A stretch of 64,000 bases of DNA from Prasinococcaceae sp. CCMP 1430 (lineage: Eukaryota > Plantae > Prasinodermophyta), in NCBI GenBank assembly GCA_013416795.1, contig RQSC01000018.1, positions 1 to 64,000 on the forward strand. The letters are read 5' to 3'. Position 1 is the stretch's first letter; every line of letters begins with the position of its first letter. Made by a program: the position numbers and the translations under genes. Shown here piece after piece: positions 43,099 through 54,203 of the stretch. The notes beneath the pieces are model-generated. The model saw only the letters and a program-made list of their open reading frames with translations, was not told where the DNA came from and did not search any database.

Positions 43099-44383
43099 AT
43101 GGCGCACTGGGCGCTATGGCTGCTATGGAGCGAGCTGCTCGCGCTGCTCGCGCCGCAGCGGAGCGCGCTGCCTGAGAGGGTGGCTGCGCGAACTGGCAAG
43201 GTGCGCACGCGTTGCGTGGGCGATGCGCGCGCGTGCCGAAGGGCACGCACTAGGAGCGATGTTCGCGAGCGCGGGAGCTCACACCGAGGGATCAATGTGC
43301 TTACGCGGCAGCGCTGCCTCGTGCTGGCGATGGAAGCGTGTGCACACCGCGGCCGCTGACGCACGCCGGCGCGCTGGCTGTGACTGGGAAGCACTATAGC
43401 CACTGAACACGGTCGTTGTCACGGGAGCCTCCTCTGGCCTGGGATATGCCACCGCGCGCACGCTAGCTCTCGAACACAATATGCACGTCGTGCTAGTGTG
43501 CCGCAGGGAGAGCACTGGGCAGAGCGCGCTCGACGCGCTGCAGGCGCTTGGCGGCGCATGCAGCCTCATGGCTCCCGCAGACCTCGCATGCACTGACGTC
43601 GCGGAGAGGATCGCCGCGCAGGTGGAGGCGCAGGGTGCGTCTCAGTGCGCGTACTTGCGGGCGCCCCGGTCTTCAAGACGCGCGGTGCGCGTCCTGACGG
43701 TCGCGCCCCACGCCTTCTCTCTCCCCGTCGCGCCTCTTTCCCCGCTTTCCCACGCTCTCGCAGTCGAGGCTGGCACGCTGCCGCCGCTGCTCGCGCTGGT
43801 CAACAACGCCGGCGTGCTGCCCGGCCGCATGGACGAACGCGCTGCTGCCGAGGCGAATGTGCCAGGAGTGTGCGATGCACTGCACGTGCGCGCCGTCACG
43901 CGGCTGTCGCGTGCGCTACTGCCGACGCTCGGCCGCACGCACGCACGCTCGCCGCGAGTGGTCACCGTGGGATCGTTCACACACAGGGCGGCGAGCGCGC
44001 GCGCGGCGCTACCAGCACGAGCTTACAGCCGCTCGAAGCTCGGCGGCGTGGCGGTGACACTCGCGCTGGATGAGGAGCTACGAGTACGCAGCTCGACGGG
44101 AGCGCGCGTGCGCTGCGTCGTTGCCGACCCCGGGGCCGTGCGCACTGCGCTCACGCGCGCGTGGCCTCGCTGGCTCGTGGCGGCCTTCAACGGCGTGTTT
44201 GCGCGCGCGCCCGAGCGTGCGGTCGGCGCTGTGATTGGCGCGGTCCTCAGCGAATGTCTCGAGGGCGGCGAGTACTTGTATGGCCCACACGCAGTGCCGT
44301 TGTCGCCCTCCAGGCGCGCGCAGGCGATGGCACATGCCCTTGCGGAGGACGCGCTCGCAGCACTCGCGCGCGGCGGGCAGTGA
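43099..44383 (+). CDS. Short-chain dehydrogenase/reductase (retinol-DH-like); exons 43099-43200, 43400-43634, 43764-44383
   Basis: VVVTGASSGLG, LVNNAGV, RVVTVGS, YSRSK, DPGAVRT. Confidence 0.88.
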
Positions 44384-44439
44384 GACCCTCCGCTGCCCCG
44401 CCGCGTCGATGCATAACCTGTTGTATCCTATTGTACACA

Positions 44440-45916
44440 TTACATGACGTCGATGCCTGCTGCCTCTAGTTCAGCAGCGCTGACGATAACCGGCACGTCA
44501 TCGCCATCGCGATCGCCATCGCCGCGCGCGCCCATCAGCATTTCTGCCAGCGCGGCCGCATCGTCCGCCTACCATCGCCATTGCGCGTGCGTGAGCGCAA
44601 GAGCATGCATGAAGGGTCAGCTCCCTCGTCGTTAGAAGCGCGCGTTGACGCGGGCGCGCTAGCGCGATCAAGCACGGGCTGTAATGCGCCAAATGCCTCA
44701 CCTTCGCAGCGGCACGCTCGCTCGCCCTGAGTTGGTCGACTCGCGCACGGAGCACGCCGCTTCCAGACCCCACACGTGGACCAAAGCGCTCAAATGCCAG
44801 CTCGCAGAGCTGCGCGCCCGCTCGCGAGAGCGCACGGTGGGGGGCACCGTTGCGTCCGCCAGGTGCGTGTCCGGAGTCGGCACCGCGGCTGCACTCCCTC
44901 CAGGCGTCGTCCTCGAGTGTCGCGAGCAGCTCGGCCAGCGCTCCTTCGACCGCAGAGCCCGCCGCCAGTGGGTCCTCAAAGAAGTCTTCAGGCACGTGTT
45001 GAAGCTGCGCTCCGAGGACCTGCGCGAATTCTGCGTACAGCTCCGGCCTCGACGCCGCCGCATCGCGCGCGCAGCTACACAGCAGGGCCACGGACGCCTG
45101 CCATTGCGCGAGTGCTGCGGCGCCACTGCCGAACAGGAAAAGCACGAAGGCGAGTTGCACCTCAGCTAGCATCGCCGTGCCGTTGTTCGCGTAGCATTCT
45201 GCGAGCGCCGCGTCGAGCCGAGCGCGGCCATCTGTGGCGAGGCGTGTGAGTGCTGCGCCGCTCACCGGCTCGCCGCTCGAGGCACCCACCGGTCGCCTCG
45301 CGCGCAGCGCCGTGCCTGCAAAGACCGGTGTGCGAAAGCCATCTTCGATCCTCGCCACTATTGCGCCCTCAGTTGCGCCGCCGGGCGCCACATCAGGATC
45401 ACCCGGGTGCAGGCGAGCGCCGAGCGGCACGCCTGCGCGCTCGAGCGTTGTAGGCGTGACAAGGTGCGTGAGAGCGCGCCACTCGGCCCAGCGCGCACGC
45501 TCATACGCTGCGGTTGACGCGTCGAAGTCGCCGCGTTTCACACCCGCACCTAGCCGCTCATCCTCATCTGCGTCTGCGCTGTGCAACCGCGCTCGCGGTC
45601 CGAGGCACTCCTCGGCTTCGCGCCAGCGCCGCACGTCCACGCTGCCGGGAGGCAGCGCGATAAACTCGGCGACGCGCGTCGCACCGGCGCCCCCCGCGCG
45701 CTCCTCGGCGCAGCTGGTGAGCAGGTGCACGCCGCGTGGCGGCACGCCGCGGAAACCGCGGAATGCGTCGCCCACCGCCCACTCGGCGCCATCAAGCCCG
45801 ATGCTCGCGCCTGCGGGCACGCCGAGCAGCAGCAGCGCGCCGCCCCCACCATGGAAGAGCTCGGCCTCGCCGCCCGCGCCGCCGCTGCCGCTGCCGCCGA
45901 CGCCCAGCGCGGCCAT
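44440..45916 (-). CDS. AAR2: AAR2 (U5 snRNP assembly factor); exons 45916-44702, 44568-44440
   Basis: LLLLGVP-G-IGLD…FRGFRGVPP-GVH, LAEVQLAFVLFL, QW…LLC, QL-P-DFF; spliced C-terminus DDVPVIV. Confidence 0.88.
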
Positions 45917-46084
45917 CGCCCGCACCGCTGCGCGGCCCAAGCGTCGACGACCAGCCCTTCGATTCGACTCCCGCGTCTCGGCCGAGGGCGGTGGGGGAGA
46001 AGGGCCACCTCCTCCCTCCCCGTCGCCCGCGCGCGCTGTGTGCCAAGGCCCGCCGCCGGCGCAGACTGCGACGGCGCGGCGGTG

Positions 46085-46126
46085 GTTAGGGTTATGACCA
46101 GTACTTAAGGTTGTATATAGGGTTAG
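46085..46126. promoter_or_regulatory. Telo-box-like island between divergent AAR2 and C2-like genes
   Basis: GGTTAGGGTTA…TATATAGGGTTAG. Confidence 0.55.
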
Positions 46127-46412
46127 CAACGCGCGGTGCCGACGTGCCGTCGAATAGAACGACGGATTCAAATCATGGTGAAAATGAGTCGGGAGAGACT
46201 GGGCTCCGTTCCCCCGGGCGCGTTGCTGGCGGTGGACACGCGCGTGCATGCAGCGGAGGGCGCGTGGGGTGGGTGGGTGGATAGGTGGGTGGGTGGGTCG
46301 AACGTCCGTGCGGAGAGCGCGCGCGTGCCACACGTCGCGCCCTGCGGACGCACGCGGCGGGTTGGGGCGCGGCGTGGCCGGCGGGCGGCGGGCACCGCGC
46401 CGCGGGGGCGCC

Positions 46413-48397
46413 ATGGCGGCAGGCGCGGCGCTCGCGCGGCTGTGCGGGTGCGCGCTCGGCCTCGGCGGAGGCGAGCCCAGTGAGCAAGCGTATTCGGCTG
46501 ACGACAGCGGTGCAAACGGCGGTCTCGACGCCGTCGGCCATGGCGATACCGGGGATGTCTGTGTCTATATCACCATGCTCGAGCTCATGTCGTCGGGAGG
46601 CAACGGCGGACAGCGCGACAGCTTGCGCTCGCAGGTGGTGCTCCGCGCACGCCATCGTCGTGGAGTTCCTGCAACCGTGTGCGACGGCGTCAGGCGATGC
46701 GATCCTGAGAGCGAGACAGGTGCACTCGCTGCAGGCCCTGGCGAGCTGGATGCGCGTGGAACGTTCGACGCGAGCACAAAGCGCATGCACAAATCGCACC
46801 CGGCGCCCACCTTCAGGCTACCGGCTGCGACCAGGCCAGCCTCCATGCTCTTGCTTGAGGTGAGTCACGCTCGGGCGCACAGCGTGGGCGCTCGAGCCGC
46901 AAGCGCGAGCGTGAGCGACGCGCAGTAGGGAGCGCACACCCGCGTGCACGACCATGCCCGCGCGAGCCTTGCGCGCGTTGACATTGCCACGCGCTACAGG
47001 TGTACGACGCCGACGCCGACCTCAGCTCCAACGCCGCTGAGCGTCTGCGCCCGGTAGCGACGGGCTCGACGCATTTGCGTGAGCTCCTAGAGAAGGGAGC
47101 CAGGCGCACAGTCGAGATCGTGCTGCACGCCTGCCCAGAGGAGAAAGGCCGTGGCAGTGGTGCGGCCACGCGCAACAGCAACACGGGGCGCGTGATTGGC
47201 ACGGCGACACTGCGGCTTCCGTCGCCAGCAGTGAGCCGAGGGAAGGGAGGCGCGAAGGCGCCCAAGTCGCTGGGCACGCCGCGGAGCAAGCCACTCACAT
47301 TCGAAGACGTTGTGGCCGCGCTCGCGCGCGAACGTGCGGAAGAGGCTCAGAGGAGGGAACGCCAAGGATTGCCGCCACACAACGAGGACAGCGACTCCGG
47401 GTCGCACTCGATGCCGAACTCGTACGTTGCTAAGCGCAGCGAGCCTCGTGAGGACGCGACGCATGAAAATGCAGAGCTCGCAGAAGACGAGGACTGGGCT
47501 GTGGCCGAGGCGCGTCGCCGTGCTCTTGCCGTGGAGCGTCGCCATTCGGCATCGGAGCTAAGCGCAGCGGCACCTGCAAACATGCGCTTGGCCGTGCAGC
47601 GGCGTGGGCGCGGGTTGGACGCGTCCACCGGCAAACCCTTGCGCATCAGTGTTGAGCGCAAGATTAGTCCTCGCGAGAGCTGGGACCATGAGAAGGACGG
47701 TCGCGGACGCTTGAGTCGGCCGTCTATTGACTCGCAGACAGGACGGCGGCGCAGCGCGGACCAGGAGGCGCAGGTCCGCCAACGGGTGAGCCGCGACGCC
47801 AAACTGAAGGAAGACTGGAGCGTCAAGATGCCCAAGCGGCTGGCAGCAATGCAGGGGGTGAGTCCCAACTCGCGGAAAGGCACAGTTTGCTCTCCTGGCT
47901 CCCTTGTGCGCCTGGATCCCTTTGCCGAGCGCGACCAGTTCTCCGAGGGTGGCACGGGCAACGATGTCTCTACCATCGGCACCGAGCGAGTCACCATGCG
48001 TCGCTCGAGCTTTGAAGCGCGTTCGAGCGTCGAGGAGGGGCTCCGCGGCGGCGGTGGCGAGCGCCGTCTGAGCCGCGCCTCGCACGAGTCCGCTGCGAGT
48101 GACAGCCGCCGACTGAGCCGCACTGACGCCCATGAGGTCGCCCTGGCGACCGCCATGTTCGACTCGCGCCGTGGCAGCCTGCCCGGTGTGCCGCTGCCGC
48201 AGCAAGCGGCCATTCGCCGCGCGTCCGTGTCGGGCGTGCCAATCAGCGCAGGGCTGTGGGGAGAGCGCCCGTCTGTGGACAGCTGGCAGCGCCCGACGTG
48301 GCTGAAGCCGCGTCGAGCGAGTGCGCCCGACGCCAGCGCGGCGGCGCGGGCGGCCGCTCTCGTGGAAACACATCACAGGCGGAACGGCCTCGCGTAG
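46413..48397 (+). CDS. Hypothetical protein with C2-like N-terminal domain and long Ser/Arg-rich disordered tail; exons 46413-46859, 47000-48397
   Basis: Phase-0 GT-AG intron gives LLLE|VYDAD…VATG…LRELL…IGTATLRL (C2-like pattern); many RRxS sites. Confidence 0.6.
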
Positions 48398-48430
48398 CCG
48401 GCACTCACGCTCGTCAGGACCACCGCGCAT

Positions 48431-48460
48431 GTTAGGGTTAAGTATATAGGGTAAACCCTC
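48431..48460. promoter_or_regulatory. Telo-box-like island upstream of the GP63-like gene
   Basis: GTTAGGGTTAAGTATATAGGGTAAACCCT. Confidence 0.55.
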
Positions 48461-49015
48461 TTCATCCCGCCTGGTACTGTACACGGCTACTTTTTTTGAC
48501 ACGTCGGCTGCTTGCGTTTCTTCCCCCGACCAAGGGCCCAGCCAGTGCTACACCGCGTCGCCTCTGAGGTAGAGTGGTAGTGCGAGTACCCACCCCCCGC
48601 CAGCCGTGCCTGTCGCCCGACGCTCGAACGTTGCTTGGGTGTGGCCCCCGCGCACGCGCACGCACGCGTGCGCGCGCGCGCCGTGGCTTTTCCCCGCAGA
48701 AGGGCCGCCGTGGGGACGCCCCTTTCGCGGCGTGCGCGGCGCGGTGTCCCTCGGGGAACCGCGGCATCCGCGTACGCACACCCTTCGCATTCGTATGTAC
48801 GATCGCAGTTTCGGATGCCCGCATGCGACTCCGCGAGAGCGGAATCCCTCCGGAATCCGCGGCGGGCAGCGCGGGGCAGGGGGCGACACGGCACCCAGCC
48901 AGTGCGCGCGCGGGCGGAGTCCGCGCCAGGTGCTGCCGACGGCGCTCGGGCGAGGGCCGGGGCCACAGGGTGCGCCCGGCGCGGCCCAGGTGGCGCGCGC
49001 GCGCTGCCGGGGTCG

Positions 49016-51625
49016 ATGGCGCGCCGGCGCGTGCGCCTGTCGGCGTGTGCGCTACTCGCCGCCTGTACAGCCGTGGCCGCGGACGCCCGAGCGCGGGCGA
49101 GCGCCGGTGGCGACGCGCGCCGCACGCACAAGGAAACCTACGTCCTGAATGACAACGTGCCCGCTGGCGGCAATGTGCGCGCCAGCGGCGGCGCGGTCGA
49201 CACAGACTCCGCCGCTCTACGGTCAGCCACGCTGGCAGCCAACGGCCTCAGCGAGGTCTCGGTGCGCGACGCCCGCCGACGGCTGCGGGAGGCCGACGAT
49301 GAAGCCGCGCGCGCTCCCGCCCCGATACGCATGCAGCCCATCTTCCAACTTGAGGACGACGACGGCGCGAGCGTGCTCTCCGCCGGGGCAGAGAACTGGC
49401 TGAAAAACAACGTGCTCCCCGCGGCATTTGCGACGATACAGCGCATGGCTGACATGCGCGCCCCGACCCCTGAGGGTGCGCAGCGCGCGCGCCTGCGCTT
49501 GCGTCTCGCGCGCGCTGTCGCCCGCGACGCTGACACTCGTGCACTCGCGTGCTCGCTCGCAGGGACCAACCTCACGCTCCCCGTGGAATGCGATCTGCCG
49601 TGGAACTTTCCTTCCGATGAAACTCTGGGCGCGGAAGAAGAGCCGCCCGCGATGTGCGCGACCGTGCGCGACATCAACGCCGCGCCGTACAACACGTGCG
49701 GACCGGCGACGGTGCCGCCGCACATGTTTGGCCCGGCGACGACGTGCGACTGCTCCACCGCGCTCACGCGCGAGGAGTGCGCGTGTACGACCGCCGACGG
49801 CGGGCCTGGTGTGGGGGGCGCGGATACGTTGATTTTTGTGACTGTTGGCGAAAGCTGCGCCGAGGACACCCTGGCGGTGGCAGGGCACTGCTTTCTTGAC
49901 CCTGCAACCCACAGGCCACTCGCGGGGTACATGACGCTGTGCAAGTCGACTCTCGAGGCCCACGTGGCTGAAAATGGCGGCATGGCCGCCGCCAACATGG
50001 GCGCCGCCGCCTGGGGCACGTGGCTGGACACGATCGTGCACGAAGTGCTGCATGTGCTCGTGTACTCAGGCCCGCTTTTCAACGAGTGGCAAGATCTTGC
50101 GACGGGTGAGCCCTACGGTAGCGCCGCAACCGTGAGCATGCGCTATGACAGCGGCTGGCTCTCGGACGGCGTGGCGCTCGCCACGCCTGCCGTGCGCCGC
50201 GAGGCCGCTGCAATTCTGGGATGTGCAGAAGGCGTGGTGGGCGTGCCGCTTGAGAACCAGGGCGCAAAGGGGACCGCCGAATCGCACTGGGAGATGCGCG
50301 CAGTGGGGCCAGACGAGCTGATGGCGGGCTTCACGCTGCCAACCCGCCAGACGCTCTCGAGGCTCACGCTGGCGACTTTCGAAGACTCAGGGTGGTACAT
50401 TCCCCGCTACGAGGCCGCGATGCCGATGGCCGACGAGTGGGGCGCAGGAGAGGGCTGCGGCTTTTTCTGGAGCGACTGCAGAGTGAGCGGCGATGGGACA
50501 CCCTGGCGAGACTACAGCGGCTCCCACTTCTGTGACCCTGAGGCGGCAGACATGCACGCCTGCACCACGGGCTCGACAGCAATCGGCGCCTGCACCGCAA
50601 CGCCGCTGATGGACGGCTGCGCGGTGCGCATGGCATATTCAAACGGGCCCTGTACCGACACCAGCAGTGCTTGGCCGACTGGCGCCTTCTGGGGGCAGAT
50701 GTACGGCGATGGCGCCGCGTGTATGGCTGTGGACAAGAGCGAGCAGTGGAAGCGCGTGGGCGGTCCTGTCGGGGACTCGGGCGTGCCAGCCGAAGACGCA
50801 AACGGTGCCTTCCTATACACGCGCGACCTCGTCGTGGGTGCGGGCTGCTTCGAGGTGCGCTGCTCGGAGGACATGAACTCGGTGAATGTCGTGGTAGGCG
50901 GGCTGTCGCAGGCGTGTCCGGAGGGGCAATACGTGAATCTCACCGATTTGGGTGGGGCCTGGCGCGGCGGGCGCATTGGGCCGTGCCCTCCGCCGAACGC
51001 TATCTGCGAGCGCATGGCTTGCGGCGGCGGCGAGGGCGACAATGCATGCGGCGCCGCCTCCAACGCCGGCCATTGCGGCCATGAGGGAAAGTGCGCATGC
51101 TTCCTTGGGCACGCTGGCGACACATGTGCGCGCGCGGTATGCCTCCGCACGCCCTACGACGGTGCGCCTGACGGGTTTGGCAACGGCGGCTGTGGGACGG
51201 CATCGGACGTGTGTTCGCCCCTGAGCGGGGAGTGCATGTCTGCCGCCGAATTTGCCGCGGAGCAGGCCACGCGGGCGGAAGGCGGTGACGTCTCCGACGG
51301 CTTGTCACCTGGCGCGAGCGGGGCCAACGTCGATGTCGACCTTGGACCAGCGACGGACGCGGACGTACCAGCCAGTGATGACGGCGCCAACGCTGGCGAC
51401 GGGGGGGATTCCGATGTGCAGGACCCTGTGTACATCGACGATGGGGCAGCTGCCACAGACGGCGACGGAGGTGTCATTGGACAGCTGGGCCTGTTTGGAC
51501 TGCCACCATTGGCGATTTTGGCCGCGATTCTGGCCATCGCCATCAGGAGCGAGCACGCTCCCTGGAGCAAACACGCTTCCACACCGCGGAGGGGCTCCGC
51601 GGTGGCGGTGGCGAGCGCCGTCTGA
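49016..51625 (+). CDS. Leishmanolysin/GP63-like M8 metallopeptidase with EGF-like module and C-terminal TM; probable intron 49476-49562
   Basis: Signal peptide, RPLAG, HEVLH, GVPLENQG, SHWE, ELM, S-LTLA-FEDSGWY, WG-GEGC, CACFLGHAGDTC, hydrophobic LAILAAILAIAI. Confidence 0.92.
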   Translation: MARRRVRLSACALLAACTAVAADARARASAGGDARRTHKETYVLNDNVPAGGNVRASGGAVDTDSAALRSATLAANGLSEVSVRDARRRLREADDEAARAPAPIRMQPIFQLEDDDGASVLSAGAENWLKNNVLPAAFATIQRMADMRAPTPEGAQRARLRLRLARAVARDADTRALACSLAGTNLTLPVECDLPWNFPSDETLGAEEEPPAMCATVRDINAAPYNTCGPATVPPHMFGPATTCDCSTALTREECACTTADGGPGVGGADTLIFVTVGESCAEDTLAVAGHCFLDPATHRPLAGYMTLCKSTLEAHVAENGGMAAANMGAAAWGTWLDTIVHEVLHVLVYSGPLFNEWQDLATGEPYGSAATVSMRYDSGWLSDGVALATPAVRREAAAILGCAEGVVGVPLENQGAKGTAESHWEMRAVGPDELMAGFTLPTRQTLSRLTLATFEDSGWYIPRYEAAMPMADEWGAGEGCGFFWSDCRVSGDGTPWRDYSGSHFCDPEAADMHACTTGSTAIGACTATPLMDGCAVRMAYSNGPCTDTSSAWPTGAFWGQMYGDGAACMAVDKSEQWKRVGGPVGDSGVPAEDANGAFLYTRDLVVGAGCFEVRCSEDMNSVNVVVGGLSQACPEGQYVNLTDLGGAWRGGRIGPCPPPNAICERMACGGGEGDNACGAASNAGHCGHEGKCACFLGHAGDTCARAVCLRTPYDGAPDGFGNGGCGTASDVCSPLSGECMSAAEFAAEQATRAEGGDVSDGLSPGASGANVDVDLGPATDADVPASDDGANAGDGGDSDVQDPVYIDDGAAATDGDGGVIGQLGLFGLPPLAILAAILAIAIRSEHAPWSKHASTPRRGSAVAVASAV

Positions 51626-51675
51626 GCCGCGCCTCGCACGAGTCCGCTGCGAGTGACAGCCGCCGACTGAGCCGC
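51588..51675 (+). repeat. 88-bp dispersed duplicate of 48034-48121
   Basis: ggaggggctccgcgg…gactgagccgc with a single C/T mismatch. Confidence 0.93.
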
Positions 51676-51943
51676 CGACTGAGACACCACCCGCGGCGAC
51701 CGGCACGGGCGCGCTCGAGGATGGCCCGCCGGGGAGCGCCCGTGCCTCGCCAAGGCTGCGCGGCCTCGGCTTCGATTTTGATGAAGGCCTTCCAGGCTCA
51801 GTCGCCACTCCCAAGAGCGCGGTCCCGACGGCGGCCTGACACTTTGACAGCCACACCTTGCCGTCGGTGGCCAACGAAGGCGAATGAGCGGCAAGCTGTG
51901 CTCGCAGAGCGTGCCGCCGTGTTGTAAAGATACATGTTGTACA

Positions 51944-53381
51944 TCAAGACTTCGTGAGCCCCGCGGCGTTGGCCCTCCTATCGGAAGTGAGCCTGCGCCA
52001 GCTGGAGCGCAGCCAGTCCGCACCATCATCGAGCTTATTGGCAGCATGCTTGTGCGGGTCTACTCCTCCGGCGGTGAGCCACGCCTCGACGGTGCCGCGT
52101 GCGGCCTCGGCACCACCAGCCTGAAATGCACGCGCGAAGGCCGGGCCAAACACACCGAGGTGTGCGTGCGGGGAGGGGCATGGCGTCAGTGCCAGCACGT
52201 GCACGCAAGCGGGGTGGGCCTGCTCGCGCGAGGAAGGCGCAGGAACGAGAGATGCAAACAGTCGCGTACCTCCTCCTCGAGCTCCTTGTCCGCGGCCGCC
52301 TCGAGCTGCGCGACATCTTGCATTTGCTCGCGCAGCTCGCGGCGCGGCACTGGCCACGGAGCGGTGCACTCGCGCTCGAGTGCGCGTAGCGCCTCGAAGA
52401 CCCCCGTGAGGGGGCGCGCGCGGGCACCCTCTACGTCGCGGGCGCCGTGTCCATGGAAGCTCAAGCTGCCGTCGCCGGCCCCGTCGCGATCATTCTTCCA
52501 GACGGGCTCGCTGGCGACGGTGCGCGCGCTGTTGCTCGCCACAGCGCCCTCTGCCCATACCAGCTGCTCGCAGCGCGGCGAGTAGCGCACACGCCCGTAT
52601 CGGCGCTCCTCGTCCGAACCGCGCTCGTACAGCTCGCCCGGGCGGTGCAGCAAGTCGAGCAGCATCCCTCCCGCACGTGGCCCCGCGCCCGGCAAGCACA
52701 CGTTCCAGGCGTGCGGGCCGTCGAGACCGTCCTCGCCCTCGTAGCGCCCTCGCGCGAGGCCCGCGCGCACGCTCATGCCTAGCGGTAGCGCGTCGGCCAC
52801 CGCCTTGAAGAGCAGCGCTCGGTGGCGGCACACGCCCTTGCGCACCATGCCGATTGGCACGACGTTGTTGCCGCCGCCTGGCCGCGCGCGCAGGTCGGCG
52901 AGCTCGACCTGCACGCGCGGGAGGGAAGCGCGCGCACGTTAGCGCCCTCGCCAGCGCCCTCGCGGGACAGCGCTCGCGCACGCACCGTCATTGCTGCGTA
53001 GAGGTCGCCGGTGGCAGGTCCGCCCATGCGCGCTGCGACGAGCGCTGCAAGCGCCATGCAGCGTTCGCGCTCCGTCTCGAGCGGAAGAAGCGCGTCGAAG
53101 ACCTCCGCCTCGAAGGCCACGAGATGCGGATCGCACGAGCGGTCGACGAGGAGCACCTCCCGCGCGCGGCCATCCCAACGCTGCGAGAGCAGCACGCGAA
53201 GCGCGGGAAGGGCGAGCGCGTCGGCTTGGTCGCCCTGACTTCCCCCGAGGCCGCCCTGCCTCCCAGCGTCGAAGAATCCGTCCTCGACGCGCTGCGAGAA
53301 GGCGAGCCGGTGGAAGGCGTTGTAGGACGCGCTCGCGTCGAGCGCGCGCTGCGCGTCGAGCACCGCGAGCGCAGTCGGCAT
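51944..53381 (-). CDS. Stand-alone EDR1/CTR1 N-terminal-domain protein (no kinase); exons 53381-52986, 52908-52270, 52120-51944
   Basis: DGFFDAG, REVLLVD-DP-L, LA-LV-MGG, VVPIG-GVCRHRALLFK-AD, RG…HAWN, LDLL-PG-L. Confidence 0.8.
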
Positions 53382-53449
53382 CGCCGAGAGAGGGATTGGA
53401 GGGGCGGCGCCCGCCCCACAGCCGGGCGTGCACCACCGATCGCGACTGG

Positions 53450-53502
53450 CTCTCTCTCCCTCCCTCTCTCTCTCTCTCCCTCTCTCTCTCCCTCTCTCTC
53501 TC
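53450..53502. repeat. (CT)n imperfect microsatellite
   Basis: Polypyrimidine tract just upstream of the EDR1-like start. Confidence 0.85.
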
Positions 53503-54203
53503 GCGCGCGCTCTGTGTGAGCGCGCGCTTCGAATCCTTCCGTCGGGCGGGCCGGGCGATACCAACATTTTAACATTTTCATCGGCCCATGGCGCCCACCT
53601 CTCGCGCCGTTCCCCCACGAAAACGAAGTGAACGCTCGGCGAAGCGCCCGCGCGCCGCATCGGGCGGCGCGGCGCGGCCGCCATCACAGCGAAGGCGCGC
53701 GGCGGGGCGAGACCCGAACCCTTTCTGAGGATGCAGCGAAACAATTCAAACATATATAGGATGGGATTCGTTGGGGTTTGGGTTCAAGGGAGGTGAGATG
53801 ACATCTCGTAGCCCCCGCTCCACGCGGGCGTCTTTACGGTCGGCGGAGCGTTTTCGTTTTCACCAGCGATGTTGTTGACCGCCGCCGCCGGGCGCTGCGC
53901 TCTCGCGGGCGCGCGCGCGCGGCGCACTGTGCCACACGGCGTGGGGGGAGCGGGCGGCGGGGAGCGCGGAGCGTGGGAGGGTTCGGGGGGTCTTCGCTGA
54001 GACGGGGCGAGCGTAGCGACCTCGAGAGGAGCCGCGCCACCGCCGCGCCGACGCAGGAGCCGCTGCACCGCGACCCGGGCCGCGGGCGCCTTCCCTAGCC
54101 GCACGCGTTTTTTTCGGGCCGCGGCCGAGTGGGTGGGTGGGGTGGGCGCAGGGGTGGGGTCTCGCTGCGCGGCGTGGCGGACGCGGCGGGCGTGGGCGGC
54201 GAG

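Noticed and set aside
39069-44383. CYP97B-sulfotransferase-SDR as a biosynthetic gene cluster
   Set aside because: Predicted compartments differ (plastid versus secretory), and adjacency in a compact genome is insufficient without co-expression data.
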